In this document: positions 19,066 through 27,440 of the stretch, in pieces
How positions within the stretch are numbered: the first letter of the stretch is position 1
Layout: the number at the start of each line of letters is the position of its first letter
Origin: Thermodesulfobacteriota bacterium
Lineage (GTDB): Bacteria > Desulfobacterota > Binatia > Bin18
Length of the DNA stretch: 64,000 bases
Direction: 5' to 3'
Assembly: GCA_964291405.2 (NCBI GenBank)
Contig: OZ219926.1
Location: 3,680,001 to 3,744,000 of the forward strand
The notes under the pieces: model-generated
Told to the model about the DNA's origin: nothing
What the model saw: only the letters and a program-made list of their open reading frames with translations
The model's database searches: none
Position numbers and translations under genes: made by a program

Positions 19066-20055
19066 ATGCCGCATGCAGGCAACCGGAGAGAGCTGCTCCT
19101 CATTGCAACCGGCGGGACAATCAGCCAGGGCCGCGCCGAGCCGGGCGGGAAGAGTCGTCCCGTGTTGTCGGCCGCCGATTTATTGGCCCGGACTACAATC
19201 GAGACCGGACATCTGCACTGCCTGGACCTGCCGTATCCTGACGGCGTGATCTCCTCGGGTGCCGAGGTGCTCACACTTGCGCGGACGATTGAGCGGGCGG
19301 CCAAGGAGGGCATGGACGGTATCGTGGTGACGCATGGAACCGATGCCCTGGAAGAGGTGGCGTACGGGATCGATGAAGTGCTCTCCGGGACCGTGCCTAT
19401 TGTCTTTACCGGAGCGATGCGGCCGAGTTGGGCCGCCGACTATGACGGAGTACAAAACCTGGAGAACGCCGTGCGGGTCGCCTCGTGCTTGTTGCCTGAA
19501 TACGGAACGGTGGTCACGCTGCACGGTGACATCTTTGAGGCCTGGAGTGTGTATAAAAGTGATACCGTCGCCCTGGACGCCTTTACGGCTCGTCGCGGAG
19601 CTCCGTCCGGACGCGTCAACGGGCAGCGGGTTGAACTCGGCTGGCAGCCCACGCGCTGGAATCGTCTGGGGTGTCTGCCCCAAGTCATGTCCTACTCAAT
19701 TCCCATCCTCACGCTCGGGGTTGGCGATGACGCTGCCCTTCTCAGGTTGGTAGGCGAACGGGCCGAGCGATCCATAGACGGCCTGGTGGTCGCGAGCATG
19801 GGGGCCGGGAGTATCCCACCAGCAGCACTCGGACAGTTCCGCCGTCTCGCAGATATGGGGCTGCCCGTGGTGTGCTGCTCCGGCGCTCAAAGCGGACCCA
19901 CTGCGGCACCGCAGTATTACCCCGGTATGTATACTGAACTGGTTGAGGCCGGCCTGATTATCGAGAACTTTCTCTCCCCGCGCAAAGCCCGCATACGCCT
20001 GATGCTGAGTCTCGGGCTGAATGTGCCGTATCGTCCGTTTGAGAGTGAGGCGTGA
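19066..20055 (+). CDS. Asparaginase/glutaminase family protein
   Basis: ATGGTI and HGTDALEE motifs, TGAMRP. Confidence 0.85.
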   Translation: MPHAGNRRELLLIATGGTISQGRAEPGGKSRPVLSAADLLARTTIETGHLHCLDLPYPDGVISSGAEVLTLARTIERAAKEGMDGIVVTHGTDALEEVAYGIDEVLSGTVPIVFTGAMRPSWAADYDGVQNLENAVRVASCLLPEYGTVVTLHGDIFEAWSVYKSDTVALDAFTARRGAPSGRVNGQRVELGWQPTRWNRLGCLPQVMSYSIPILTLGVGDDAALLRLVGERAERSIDGLVVASMGAGSIPPAALGQFRRLADMGLPVVCCSGAQSGPTAAPQYYPGMYTELVEAGLIIENFLSPRKARIRLMLSLGLNVPYRPFESEA

Positions 20056-20061
20056 CTCCCG

Positions 20062-21108
20062 CTACGACACTCTGGGCAAGACCTCTTTTCCGAACCGATC
20101 CAGCGAGCCCATGATTTTGTCGTGGGCCAACCCGCCGAAATTTGCCAGCAGACTCACGTTGGTGATGCCCATGGCCTGGATTTCCTTGATGCGCTCGACG
20201 CACTGGTCCGGATCACCAAATATGACTTTATGCGGGTACAGATAGCCCTCATAGTCAAAAGTCTTGAAGGCGTCCTTGAGGCCCTGGTACGGCCGATACT
20301 GATCGGAGTAGGCGGCTTCCTGGTTGGAGGCGGCCACTGCGTTTATATAGCGCATCATGGCCTCGCGGGGCTCTTCCTTCGCCTTTTCCGCGGTCTCGCC
20401 GCAATAAAAATGGTACACCCCGAGGATTTCCGGAGCGTCCGCGTAGCCATGTGCCTGCCGGGTCTGGGTGAAGAGTTGGAGGCGGCCCACCAGGACTTCC
20501 GGATTGGGTTGGGCATAGGGGACGACCATTAAATGATAGCCCATCTTGCCGGCCCATTCGAACGATTCCGGCGTAAAAATACAGGCAACATAGACGGGTG
20601 GTGGTTTCTGAACGGGTTGCGGAATGACCTGGAGATTGCGAACCTTGCGGAATTTGCCGTCGTGAGAGACCCGTCTTTCCGCCCAGGCTTGCATGATGAT
20701 GGCGTGCGCTTCTTCAAACAGCGCCCGACTGTCACCCATATTGCGCTCAAAGGCGTCGTACTCGCCCTTTTGAAATCCCCGTCCAATCCCGAACTCCAAT
20801 CGCCCGCCCGATAAGCAGTCGAGCATGGCATACTCCTCTGCCAGCCGAATCGGGTCCTGGAGCGGCAGGAGGGCAATCCCGGAGCCAATGCGGATGTTCT
20901 TCGTACGTTGGGCAACCGCAGCCCCAATCACCGGAACGGAGGGCAGATGGCCGCCGTAATTATAAAAATGGTGTTCCGCAAACCAGACGGAGTGAAAGCC
21001 GAGAGCCTCAGCCTGGTCGGTCTCCGTGAGCATGTCCAGGTAGAATTGCTCATCGCTGGTATGAAATTCCGGGAAAAAGCTGGGTAAATGAAAGAGTGAG
21101 ATTCGCAT
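20062..21108 (-). CDS. Luciferase-like flavin monooxygenase (LLM)
   Basis: WFAEHH, P.RLAEE.A.LD.LSGGRLEFGIGRG; AGGAGG RBS before the ATG at 21108. Confidence 0.9.
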   Translation of the reverse strand: MRISLFHLPSFFPEFHTSDEQFYLDMLTETDQAEALGFHSVWFAEHHFYNYGGHLPSVPVIGAAVAQRTKNIRIGSGIALLPLQDPIRLAEEYAMLDCLSGGRLEFGIGRGFQKGEYDAFERNMGDSRALFEEAHAIIMQAWAERRVSHDGKFRKVRNLQVIPQPVQKPPPVYVACIFTPESFEWAGKMGYHLMVVPYAQPNPEVLVGRLQLFTQTRQAHGYADAPEILGVYHFYCGETAEKAKEEPREAMMRYINAVAASNQEAAYSDQYRPYQGLKDAFKTFDYEGYLYPHKVIFGDPDQCVERIKEIQAMGITNVSLLANFGGLAHDKIMGSLDRFGKEVLPRVS

Positions 21109-21781
21109 ACCGCCTCCTATGGTTCCTCTGTGCGACATGAAGTCGCTTAGAAAGATGGTTCAGATTATTTCTGTGTGAAAGAAAGGACACACAGACAGAG
21201 CCCTGTGAGTGTACACACAGGCATCATATCCCACATGCGTGCTGAGTAATTAGCAGGTGTGAAGCTGGGATAAAAGCCTAATGGGAAGGTAAATCATATA
21301 CCAACCCTGGGCCAGATGCAGACTGGTACGGTGAACGAAAGTGAACCCTTATTTGAAGCGTCGTGACGTAGGACTTCCGAAAGATGATTGATACGGAAGA
21401 ATGAGGCAAATGAACCCCTGCTGTTGATATAGGGGTGAGAGGTCGTAGTAGAGGATTATGGCCCGCGTACACCACAGCCTCCGGCGTAAAGAGGGCACCT
21501 ACCCCAGTCGTCTAACTTTCTATGCGGAACATGGTAAACCCGATGGGGTCTCAGACGAGCATGAGTAAGCCGACCGTAAGGAAGGCCGAATCCCTCAGCG
21601 GGAATGAGAGGTCTCAAGAAGCGAATGCCAGCAGCCGAAAGGTAACGGGAAAAGACCATCACACCCCAAGTGCACCACCCATTACTGCCACAATATGTGG
21701 AAAGCGGGAGGGCACATCATTGAATGGGGTGATCCGGGAAAAAAAAGGTTTTGAGTCCAAGAAAAGGGGTTCAAGGCAGGA

Positions 21782-21970
21782 CTATCCCAGGGACGATAAC
21801 ACAACCTGAATGACAACGGCACAAGAGACTGCAATCTCAGCACCAGTTGTCATCCAAGAAGCTACACGGGAATTCCGTGACTTGAAAAACTTAGCACCTT
21901 GTTTGCACACTGCCTCAGCAGCTTTGCAAAAACGATGGGCGCTTCGTAAAAACTTCTTGAACTTCTTCAT
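21782..21970 (-). CDS. Intron-borne antisense small protein A (62 aa; basic amphipathic N-terminus, hydrophobic C-terminus)
   Basis: GGAGA RBS then ATG; MKKFKKFLRSAHRFCK...AEIAVSCAVVIQVVLSSLG; lies within the DIIIa loop. Confidence 0.5.
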   Translation of the reverse strand: MKKFKKFLRSAHRFCKAAEAVCKQGAKFFKSRNSRVASWMTTGAEIAVSCAVVIQVVLSSLG

Positions 21971-22160
21971 AACATTCTCCATTTGGTTATGAGGTGAACA
22001 ACACAGGGCGTGAAGTCATCCGGGATAAGAAATCCCAAAGCCTCCTTTCTGTCTCCCTTGTCGCGATCAAGAGAAGACGGGATAAAGACCAAAACTTCCC
22101 AATGGCCTAATAACCGGCTGGATAAAGAGGGAAGGCATCCCCGCCGAAACGGGAAACAGT

Positions 22161-22346
22161 TTAACGTCGTGGACTAGATTCATAGGAACCTGGTAGCACG
22201 TAATTCATGGCATCCTCCGATGGAGGGTAGCTGCTCTGTAGATCATCATCCATAGATGAACTTCCCGGAGAGTCCTTCTCCGAAGCAGCGATAGCCAGAA
22301 GAACGACGGCACCAACACCAAGCCAAAACCAATCTTTGGCCCTCAT
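22161..22346 (-). CDS. Intron-borne antisense small protein B (61 aa; N-terminal TM, acidic Ser-rich tail)
   Basis: GGAGGT RBS then ATG; MRAKDWFWLGVGAVVLLAIAASEKDS...; lies within the DIIIb loop. Confidence 0.55.
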   Translation of the reverse strand: MRAKDWFWLGVGAVVLLAIAASEKDSPGSSSMDDDLQSSYPPSEDAMNYVLPGSYESSPRR

Positions 22347-22633
22347 ACGAATAACCTCCAATTCTCAGTTGTGTGAAAAGTATGAGAAACAAGGAAATTA
22401 AGGGGATAGAATACTGGAAGGACTGGTAGTGACAGTCCCAAAAACCTCCTTTCTCCTGGTAAGGCAAGGAAGAAGTGACCAAAGCACAGGAAAGATTGGC
22501 TGGCCCACCCAGCCATGACACCAAAAGAATCAAAACCATGACGGAAAAACAACCTTCCAATCTCTCAGGGTGAAAACCCGCTGACGTGAGACTGGTAGTC
22601 TGTCCAAAAATCTTTGAAGAAAGGACGCACATC

Positions 22634-24310
22634 ATGGCTGACGTGATGATCCAGGCAACTGGAAACGAGGTCGTGACGCGACAATGGCAAGACATCGATT
22701 GGTGTCACAACGCCAAAATCGTGCGCGACCTTCGACACCGTATTTTTCGGGCTTCGCGGCTAGGGGACCGGAGGAAACTTCGGAACCTGCAACGCCTCAT
22801 GCTGAAATGCCGAGCCAATCATGAGATGAGTATCAGACAGGTTACGCAAGTAAGCACAGGGCGCAATACGCCAGGTATTGACAAGGTGATAGTCAAAACG
22901 CCGGCAGCGCGAACCGAGCTAATGGAAGCAATCGCAACCTACAAGCCGGAAAGAGCGCAGCCGGTCAAACGGGTCTTTATTCCCAAACGCAACGGTAAAC
23001 AGCGACCCCTCGGTATCCCGACCATCATGGATAGGGTGATGCAGGCAATTGTCAAGAACGCCTTAGAACCCGAATGGGAAGCCAGGTTTGAATCAAGCGT
23101 CTACGGCTTTCGCCCAGGGCGCAGTTGCCATGATGCCATTCAACGCATCTATGCAAATGTCAAACCGAACTTGAAGAAACATTGGGTCGTTGACGCCGAT
23201 ATCGTTGGAGCCTTCGACAACATCCCCCACGAAACCGTGCTGAACGCAATCCAGGGATTCCCAGGAAAAGCACTCATTCACGCATGGTTACAATCCGGCA
23301 TCCTGGAAGGCACAACACAGAAGCCAACACTCCTGGGAACTCCCCAAGGCGGTGTAATCTCGCCATTACTGCTCAACATTGTCCTGCATGGACTCGAACA
23401 GGCTCTTGATATCCGATACCAGAAAAGTGGAAACCGATACCGGAACATCAGCAACCGAACCCTGGTTAGATATGCAGACGATTTTGTCATCCTCACGGAG
23501 ACAAAAGAAGACGCCGACGCAGCGCAAAAACGAGCAGCAGAATGGCTACAAGAGCGCGGGCTGGAACTCTCACCAGAGAAGACCAGTATCCGACACCTGA
23601 CAGAAGGATTCGACTTTCTCGGATTCCATGTCAGACACTATCCTGACACAAACGTGAAAACAGGATGGAAGCTCTTAATAAAACCCAGCAAGGAAACGGT
23701 CAAAGCTTTCCGATACCGACTCAAACAAGAATGGACGGCTTTAGTCGGACATAACGCAGAGTCAGTCGTAAGAAGGCTGAACCCAATTCTGAGAGGATGG
23801 GGGTATTACTTCCATACGCAAGTATCAAAGGCCATCTTTCAGGACATCGACAACTGGATGTTTCAGAGGGTGTACCGATGGTGTAAGCGGACCCATCCAC
23901 AGAAAAGCTGGGAGTGGATCAAAAACACCTACTTCGGAAAGGCAAAAACCAACAGTCAGGCAAAATGGTACTTCGGAGGAACAGAAGGGCGTCTGCTGAA
24001 ACTCTCAGAGATTCCCATCCAACGACATATCCTAGTCTGGCATACCGCATCACCGGATGATCCACGGCTTGCAACATATTGGGAAGAACGTCGAAAGAAG
24101 GCTTGGAAGAACCTCCCTTCACCACGTCAACGGGATTTGGCCAGAAGGCAAAAGGGGCTCTGCTCGCACTGTCGAGTGAGTCTGTATACTGGTGAGGAAT
24201 TACACACCCACCACCATATCCCAAGGAAAAAGGGCGGAACTGACAAGCGCGAAAATCTGAGACTCGTACACCTCTATTGTCACCAGCAGATACATGGTAA
24301 ACGATGTTGA
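22634..24310 (+). CDS. ltrA: Group II intron reverse transcriptase/maturase with HNH endonuclease
   Basis: RT0 NTPGID, RPLGIPT..DR, YGFRPGRSCHDA, GTPQGGVISPLL, YADD, maturase X domain, CSHC...HH..P...GG...NL..VH..CHQQIH; AGAAAGGA RBS before the ATG at 22634. Confidence 0.97.
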   Translation: MADVMIQATGNEVVTRQWQDIDWCHNAKIVRDLRHRIFRASRLGDRRKLRNLQRLMLKCRANHEMSIRQVTQVSTGRNTPGIDKVIVKTPAARTELMEAIATYKPERAQPVKRVFIPKRNGKQRPLGIPTIMDRVMQAIVKNALEPEWEARFESSVYGFRPGRSCHDAIQRIYANVKPNLKKHWVVDADIVGAFDNIPHETVLNAIQGFPGKALIHAWLQSGILEGTTQKPTLLGTPQGGVISPLLLNIVLHGLEQALDIRYQKSGNRYRNISNRTLVRYADDFVILTETKEDADAAQKRAAEWLQERGLELSPEKTSIRHLTEGFDFLGFHVRHYPDTNVKTGWKLLIKPSKETVKAFRYRLKQEWTALVGHNAESVVRRLNPILRGWGYYFHTQVSKAIFQDIDNWMFQRVYRWCKRTHPQKSWEWIKNTYFGKAKTNSQAKWYFGGTEGRLLKLSEIPIQRHILVWHTASPDDPRLATYWEERRKKAWKNLPSPRQRDLARRQKGLCSHCRVSLYTGEELHTHHHIPRKKGGTDKRENLRLVHLYCHQQIHGKRC

Positions 24311-24402
24311 GAAAGGTGTTGAAAAGGGGCGCAAAAGGATAATCCAAAGAAAAGAATACAGGGTCCGGTGTGAGCCTTGGCCCACACCGGAGGTCCTGCA
24401 TC

Positions 24403-24480
24403 CTAGCTTGCCAGCTCTAGGATAATCCACACGGCTACCAAGAAACGGTAGTCAATACGGAGATGCATGGTAAAATCCAT
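24403..24480 (-). CDS. Intron-borne antisense micro-ORF C (25 aa, hydrophobic)
   Basis: AGGTG RBS then MDFTMHLRIDYRFLVAVWIILELAS*, followed by hairpin 24364-24391 and a T-rich tract on the minus strand. Confidence 0.35.
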   Translation of the reverse strand: MDFTMHLRIDYRFLVAVWIILELAS

Positions 24481-24957
24481 ACAAACACCTATTTTTGTGG
24501 CTCAAAGGCCGAAGCTGAGTCAGCCGTAAAGGTAGGACGGTAGGATTGAAAATCCCTACCAACTGTGTAGGATTTACCAGCACACCGTCAGCGCTGATAA
24601 GCCACCAACTGTTTGCAGCAGTTGGTGGCGGCTTCAAAGCCCGTCCCTTGCGGACGGGCTTCCCTTATTTTCCAGCACAAACAACACAAGCCGTAAAGTA
24701 CGACAGACTGCTTGAGCCGTGTGCGGTGAAAGTCGCACGCACGGTTCTTAGGGGGGAAGGGCCTTGTGAGGGGCCTGACCTACCCGATTCATAGCCGACT
24801 TTCCCCCTGGAAAGAAGGCGGGAGAGGCGGAGTCTGCCTCTGGGGGTACGTTGAACTGGATGCGTGGGTTTGCTAGTTGGAGAGCTTATTTACTATTATA
24901 GAGAAAGCGCAGATAGACGGTCTGCATAAGAGTTGGTCGGTGTTATAGCAGGAGAGG

Positions 24958-26721
24958 GTGGTGATGCAGGCAAAATGTCCGGGATGGCGTGCGGCGCTCT
25001 TGTTCGTCGTTTTGTTCGTCGGAGTGTGGTCCGGCTCTGCGTTTGGAAACGTTGATAAGCACGCGTCTCCCGCGTTTTCTCCGCTCCCCTATCCACAAGC
25101 CCTCCGACCCCAGGTCGAGTTCTGGACCAAGATTTTCGCCACCTACTCGGAATACCAGGTCGTCGTTCACGACGCGGTCTATTTGGACAAGGTGTACGCC
25201 GTCCTCGATTTTCGACCGCTCTTAAAGAAGCATAGCGAAGCCAAGGCCCGGAAGCTGAAAGCCAAGCGGACCAAGCAGGAACTCAGAAAAATTCGGGCCA
25301 CCCTGCGGAAACTCCATAAACACGGTGCAAAAGGGCGAACGCTGAGTACGCGTGAGAAAAAAATTCGGGCGCTCTTCAGAGATGTCAAGGAACGCCACAA
25401 GTTCCGTAAGGCCGCGGCCAAAGGGCGACTGCGGGCACAGTCCGGGATACGGGAGCGCTTTCACCAGAGCCTGCGCCTTTCCGGTCGGTATCTGCCCAGG
25501 ATGGAAAAGATATTCCGTCAAAAAGGACTCCCGGTTGTCCTGACTCGCCTCCCACTGATCGAATCGTCTTTCAATATTGAGGCCTATTCAAAAGTTGGTG
25601 CGGCCGGCATTTGGCAATTCATGCCCGCGACCGGGCGCTTGTTTCTGACGATTAACCATGTGGTTGACGAGCGCCTTGACCCCATCATTGCCACCCGGGC
25701 TGCCGCCGACTTGCTCAAGTCAAATTATGACAGGTTGCAAACCTGGCCGCTTGCAGTCACGGCCTATAACCATGGCCCGTCCGGCATGGCGCGCGCCGTT
25801 CGGAAAGTCGGCACGCGCGATATTGTTCCCATTATCCGCCGCTACAAAAGCCGGACGTTCGGGTTTGCTTCGCGGAATTTCTATGCCGAGTTGCTGGCGG
25901 CCATTGAGGTTGAGAAAAACAGCGCCAAATATTTCGGCCCCATCAAACGCGACCCTCTCCTCCGGTATGATGAAGTTGATCTTCAGCATTTTGTTTCCCT
26001 CGAAAATCTGGCCAGAGCTGCCAACACCAGTACCGAGCGGTTAGTGGCGCTCAACCCGGCCTTTGGGTCACTGGTTCGGAACGGGAAACTCCACGTCCCA
26101 CGCGGCCACCGTTTACGTATCCCGGCCGGTGCTCGGAAAGACTTCGACCGGCGTTACGCCGCGCTCAGCCCTCGGGCCAAGGCCGACCAACAGGCCGCTG
26201 CCTTTGCTTTTCATAAGGTCCGGCGTGGGCAGACGCTGGGTGGTATTGCGCAGCGCTACGGGACGAGCGCTCGAACTCTGCAACGCCTGAACGGACTCAG
26301 AAGCGCGCATTTCATCCGCATCGGACAACGTCTGCGCGTCCCTCTGAGAGGGAAGGGCAGACGGTCGACGACCCGATCCGTCCAGGTGGCACGGGCAGCT
26401 TCGCAGGACGGGACGCATACCGTACGTCGGGGAGAATCGCTCGGAAAGATCGCCCAGCGCTACAACACAACCGTGGCGGCGCTCCAACGGCTCAACGACA
26501 TTAAAAACGCCGCGCTGATACCGGTCGGGAAAAAACTGCGCCTCTCGGCTGACTCTCCTGGTAAAGCACGGTATGTCAAACACCGGGTCCGGCGTGGCCA
26601 AACGCTCGGTAGCATTGCCCGCCGCTACGGCACAAAGGTGTCCATTCTGAAGCGTCTGAATGGTGTGAAGAACGTCAGACGCCTGCAAATCGGCCAGGTG
26701 TTGCGTATTCCAACGGGCTGA
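24958..26721 (+). CDS. MltD-like lytic transglycosylase with three LysM domains
   Basis: IESSF, GAAGIWQFMP.TG, AYNHG; three HxVRRG.TL..IA.RY LysM repeats. Confidence 0.9.
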   Translation: MVMQAKCPGWRAALLFVVLFVGVWSGSAFGNVDKHASPAFSPLPYPQALRPQVEFWTKIFATYSEYQVVVHDAVYLDKVYAVLDFRPLLKKHSEAKARKLKAKRTKQELRKIRATLRKLHKHGAKGRTLSTREKKIRALFRDVKERHKFRKAAAKGRLRAQSGIRERFHQSLRLSGRYLPRMEKIFRQKGLPVVLTRLPLIESSFNIEAYSKVGAAGIWQFMPATGRLFLTINHVVDERLDPIIATRAAADLLKSNYDRLQTWPLAVTAYNHGPSGMARAVRKVGTRDIVPIIRRYKSRTFGFASRNFYAELLAAIEVEKNSAKYFGPIKRDPLLRYDEVDLQHFVSLENLARAANTSTERLVALNPAFGSLVRNGKLHVPRGHRLRIPAGARKDFDRRYAALSPRAKADQQAAAFAFHKVRRGQTLGGIAQRYGTSARTLQRLNGLRSAHFIRIGQRLRVPLRGKGRRSTTRSVQVARAASQDGTHTVRRGESLGKIAQRYNTTVAALQRLNDIKNAALIPVGKKLRLSADSPGKARYVKHRVRRGQTLGSIARRYGTKVSILKRLNGVKNVRRLQIGQVLRIPTG

Positions 26722-26749
26722 AGAGCAGCATTACTGTATCCTGCCCTCT

Positions 26750-27151
26750 CTACACGCTCCTCACCAGATGCGTCCAAACGAGTCCCGCTACGAACCGAAA
26801 GTGCTGATCGTAAGATAATAAATCCGTGCCGGTTTCCATGGCGTGGGCAGCAATCCATACATCATTCGTTGGAATGGGTGTTCCTGCTTGTCGCAGTGCT
26901 GCTGCAAGTCGGCCAAAGCGGTCTGCCGTTGTGAGGGTAACGGGCAGGAGGCTCACGTAGGAGTTTGCCAGAAAATCGTCTAATTCCTGCTGATTCCTCT
27001 CGTAATGTGAACCATTGCGGAAGCCAAACAAGAGCTCTCCCACGACTATGGTCGAGAGGAAAATGTGTTGTGCGGGCCGGATTCGTTCCGCGACTTCAGA
27101 CCTGCCCCGCAGCAGAGCAGAATAGGCGTTTGTATCAAGGGCGACCTTCAT
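26750..27151 (-). CDS. vapC: VapC PIN-domain toxin
   Basis: LDTNAY, GEL, PTNDVWIAAHA, SYDQHF. Confidence 0.92.
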   Translation of the reverse strand: MKVALDTNAYSALLRGRSEVAERIRPAQHIFLSTIVVGELLFGFRNGSHYERNQQELDDFLANSYVSLLPVTLTTADRFGRLAAALRQAGTPIPTNDVWIAAHAMETGTDLLSYDQHFRFVAGLVWTHLVRSV

Positions 27152-27420
27152 GACCAGAAAGTTTTGTCAATCTGCTCAAGTGGAGCGAGCGTGTGTAGAA
27201 ACGCTTCTTCCTCTTCTTGAGACCAGGTCCCAATGAGATGGTCTAAAGTGTCCCCCACCGTGTTTGCACTCTGCTTTGGAGAATCAAGCCCCGCTCCACG
27301 TCTGAGCAGCAGCAGCGCTGCCTTATTAAGGGAGAGGCCTTCCTCTTGGGCCAGCTTGTGTAAATGTCGCTGGAGGGCGGAGTCGAATCCACGAATCGTT
27401 AATTGTTTCATTGTGTACAC
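27148..27420 (-). CDS. RHH (FitA-like) antitoxin
   Basis: KQLTIRGFD...SLNK; ATGA overlap with vapC. Confidence 0.8.
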   Translation of the reverse strand: MYTMKQLTIRGFDSALQRHLHKLAQEEGLSLNKAALLLLRRGAGLDSPKQSANTVGDTLDHLIGTWSQEEEEAFLHTLAPLEQIDKTFWS

Positions 27421-27440
27421 TCTTTACTTTCTTGCTTCAA

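Larger units (their letters stand above)
21130..24788 (+). mobile_element. Group IIB (CL-type) intron, full length, 3659 nt
   Basis: 5' GTGCG at 21130; EBS1 AGAGGA (21450-21455) complementary to IBS1 TCCTCT (21124-21129); DIII closing stem GTCTCA 21611/TGAGAC 22587; DIV stem GTAGTCTGTC 22595/GACAGACTGC 24702; 34-nt DV GAGCCG...GAAA...CGGTTC 24714-24747; DVI with bulged A near 24782; ends ...CCCGAT. Confidence 0.92.

Noticed and set aside
21109-21138. LLM start at 21138 (MSHRGTIGGG extension)
   Set aside because: That ATG lies inside the intron 5' end; the AGGAGG RBS supports 21108.
21650-22560. Nested intron (twintron) or IS explaining the extra intron length
   Set aside because: I saw no second GTGYG/DV/DVI, transposase fragment or terminal inverted repeats by eye. 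A highly decayed element cannot be fully excluded.
22586-24310. RT as a retron, DGR, CRISPR-RT or defence RT
   Set aside because: It has RT0, YADD, maturase X and HNH domains, and is flanked by complete group II intron RNA domains with a matching EBS1/IBS1. No template/variable repeat or CRISPR array was seen.
24452-24794. 61-aa (minus) and 82-aa (plus) ORFs in the intron 3' region
   Set aside because: No convincing RBS, and they run through RNA hairpins and DV/DVI, so they are probably incidental.
26210-26710. Repeated GGTCCGGCGTGG.CA.ACGCT.GGT sequences
   Set aside because: Explained by LysM domain repeats within the transglycosylase, not a CRISPR or DNA repeat array.
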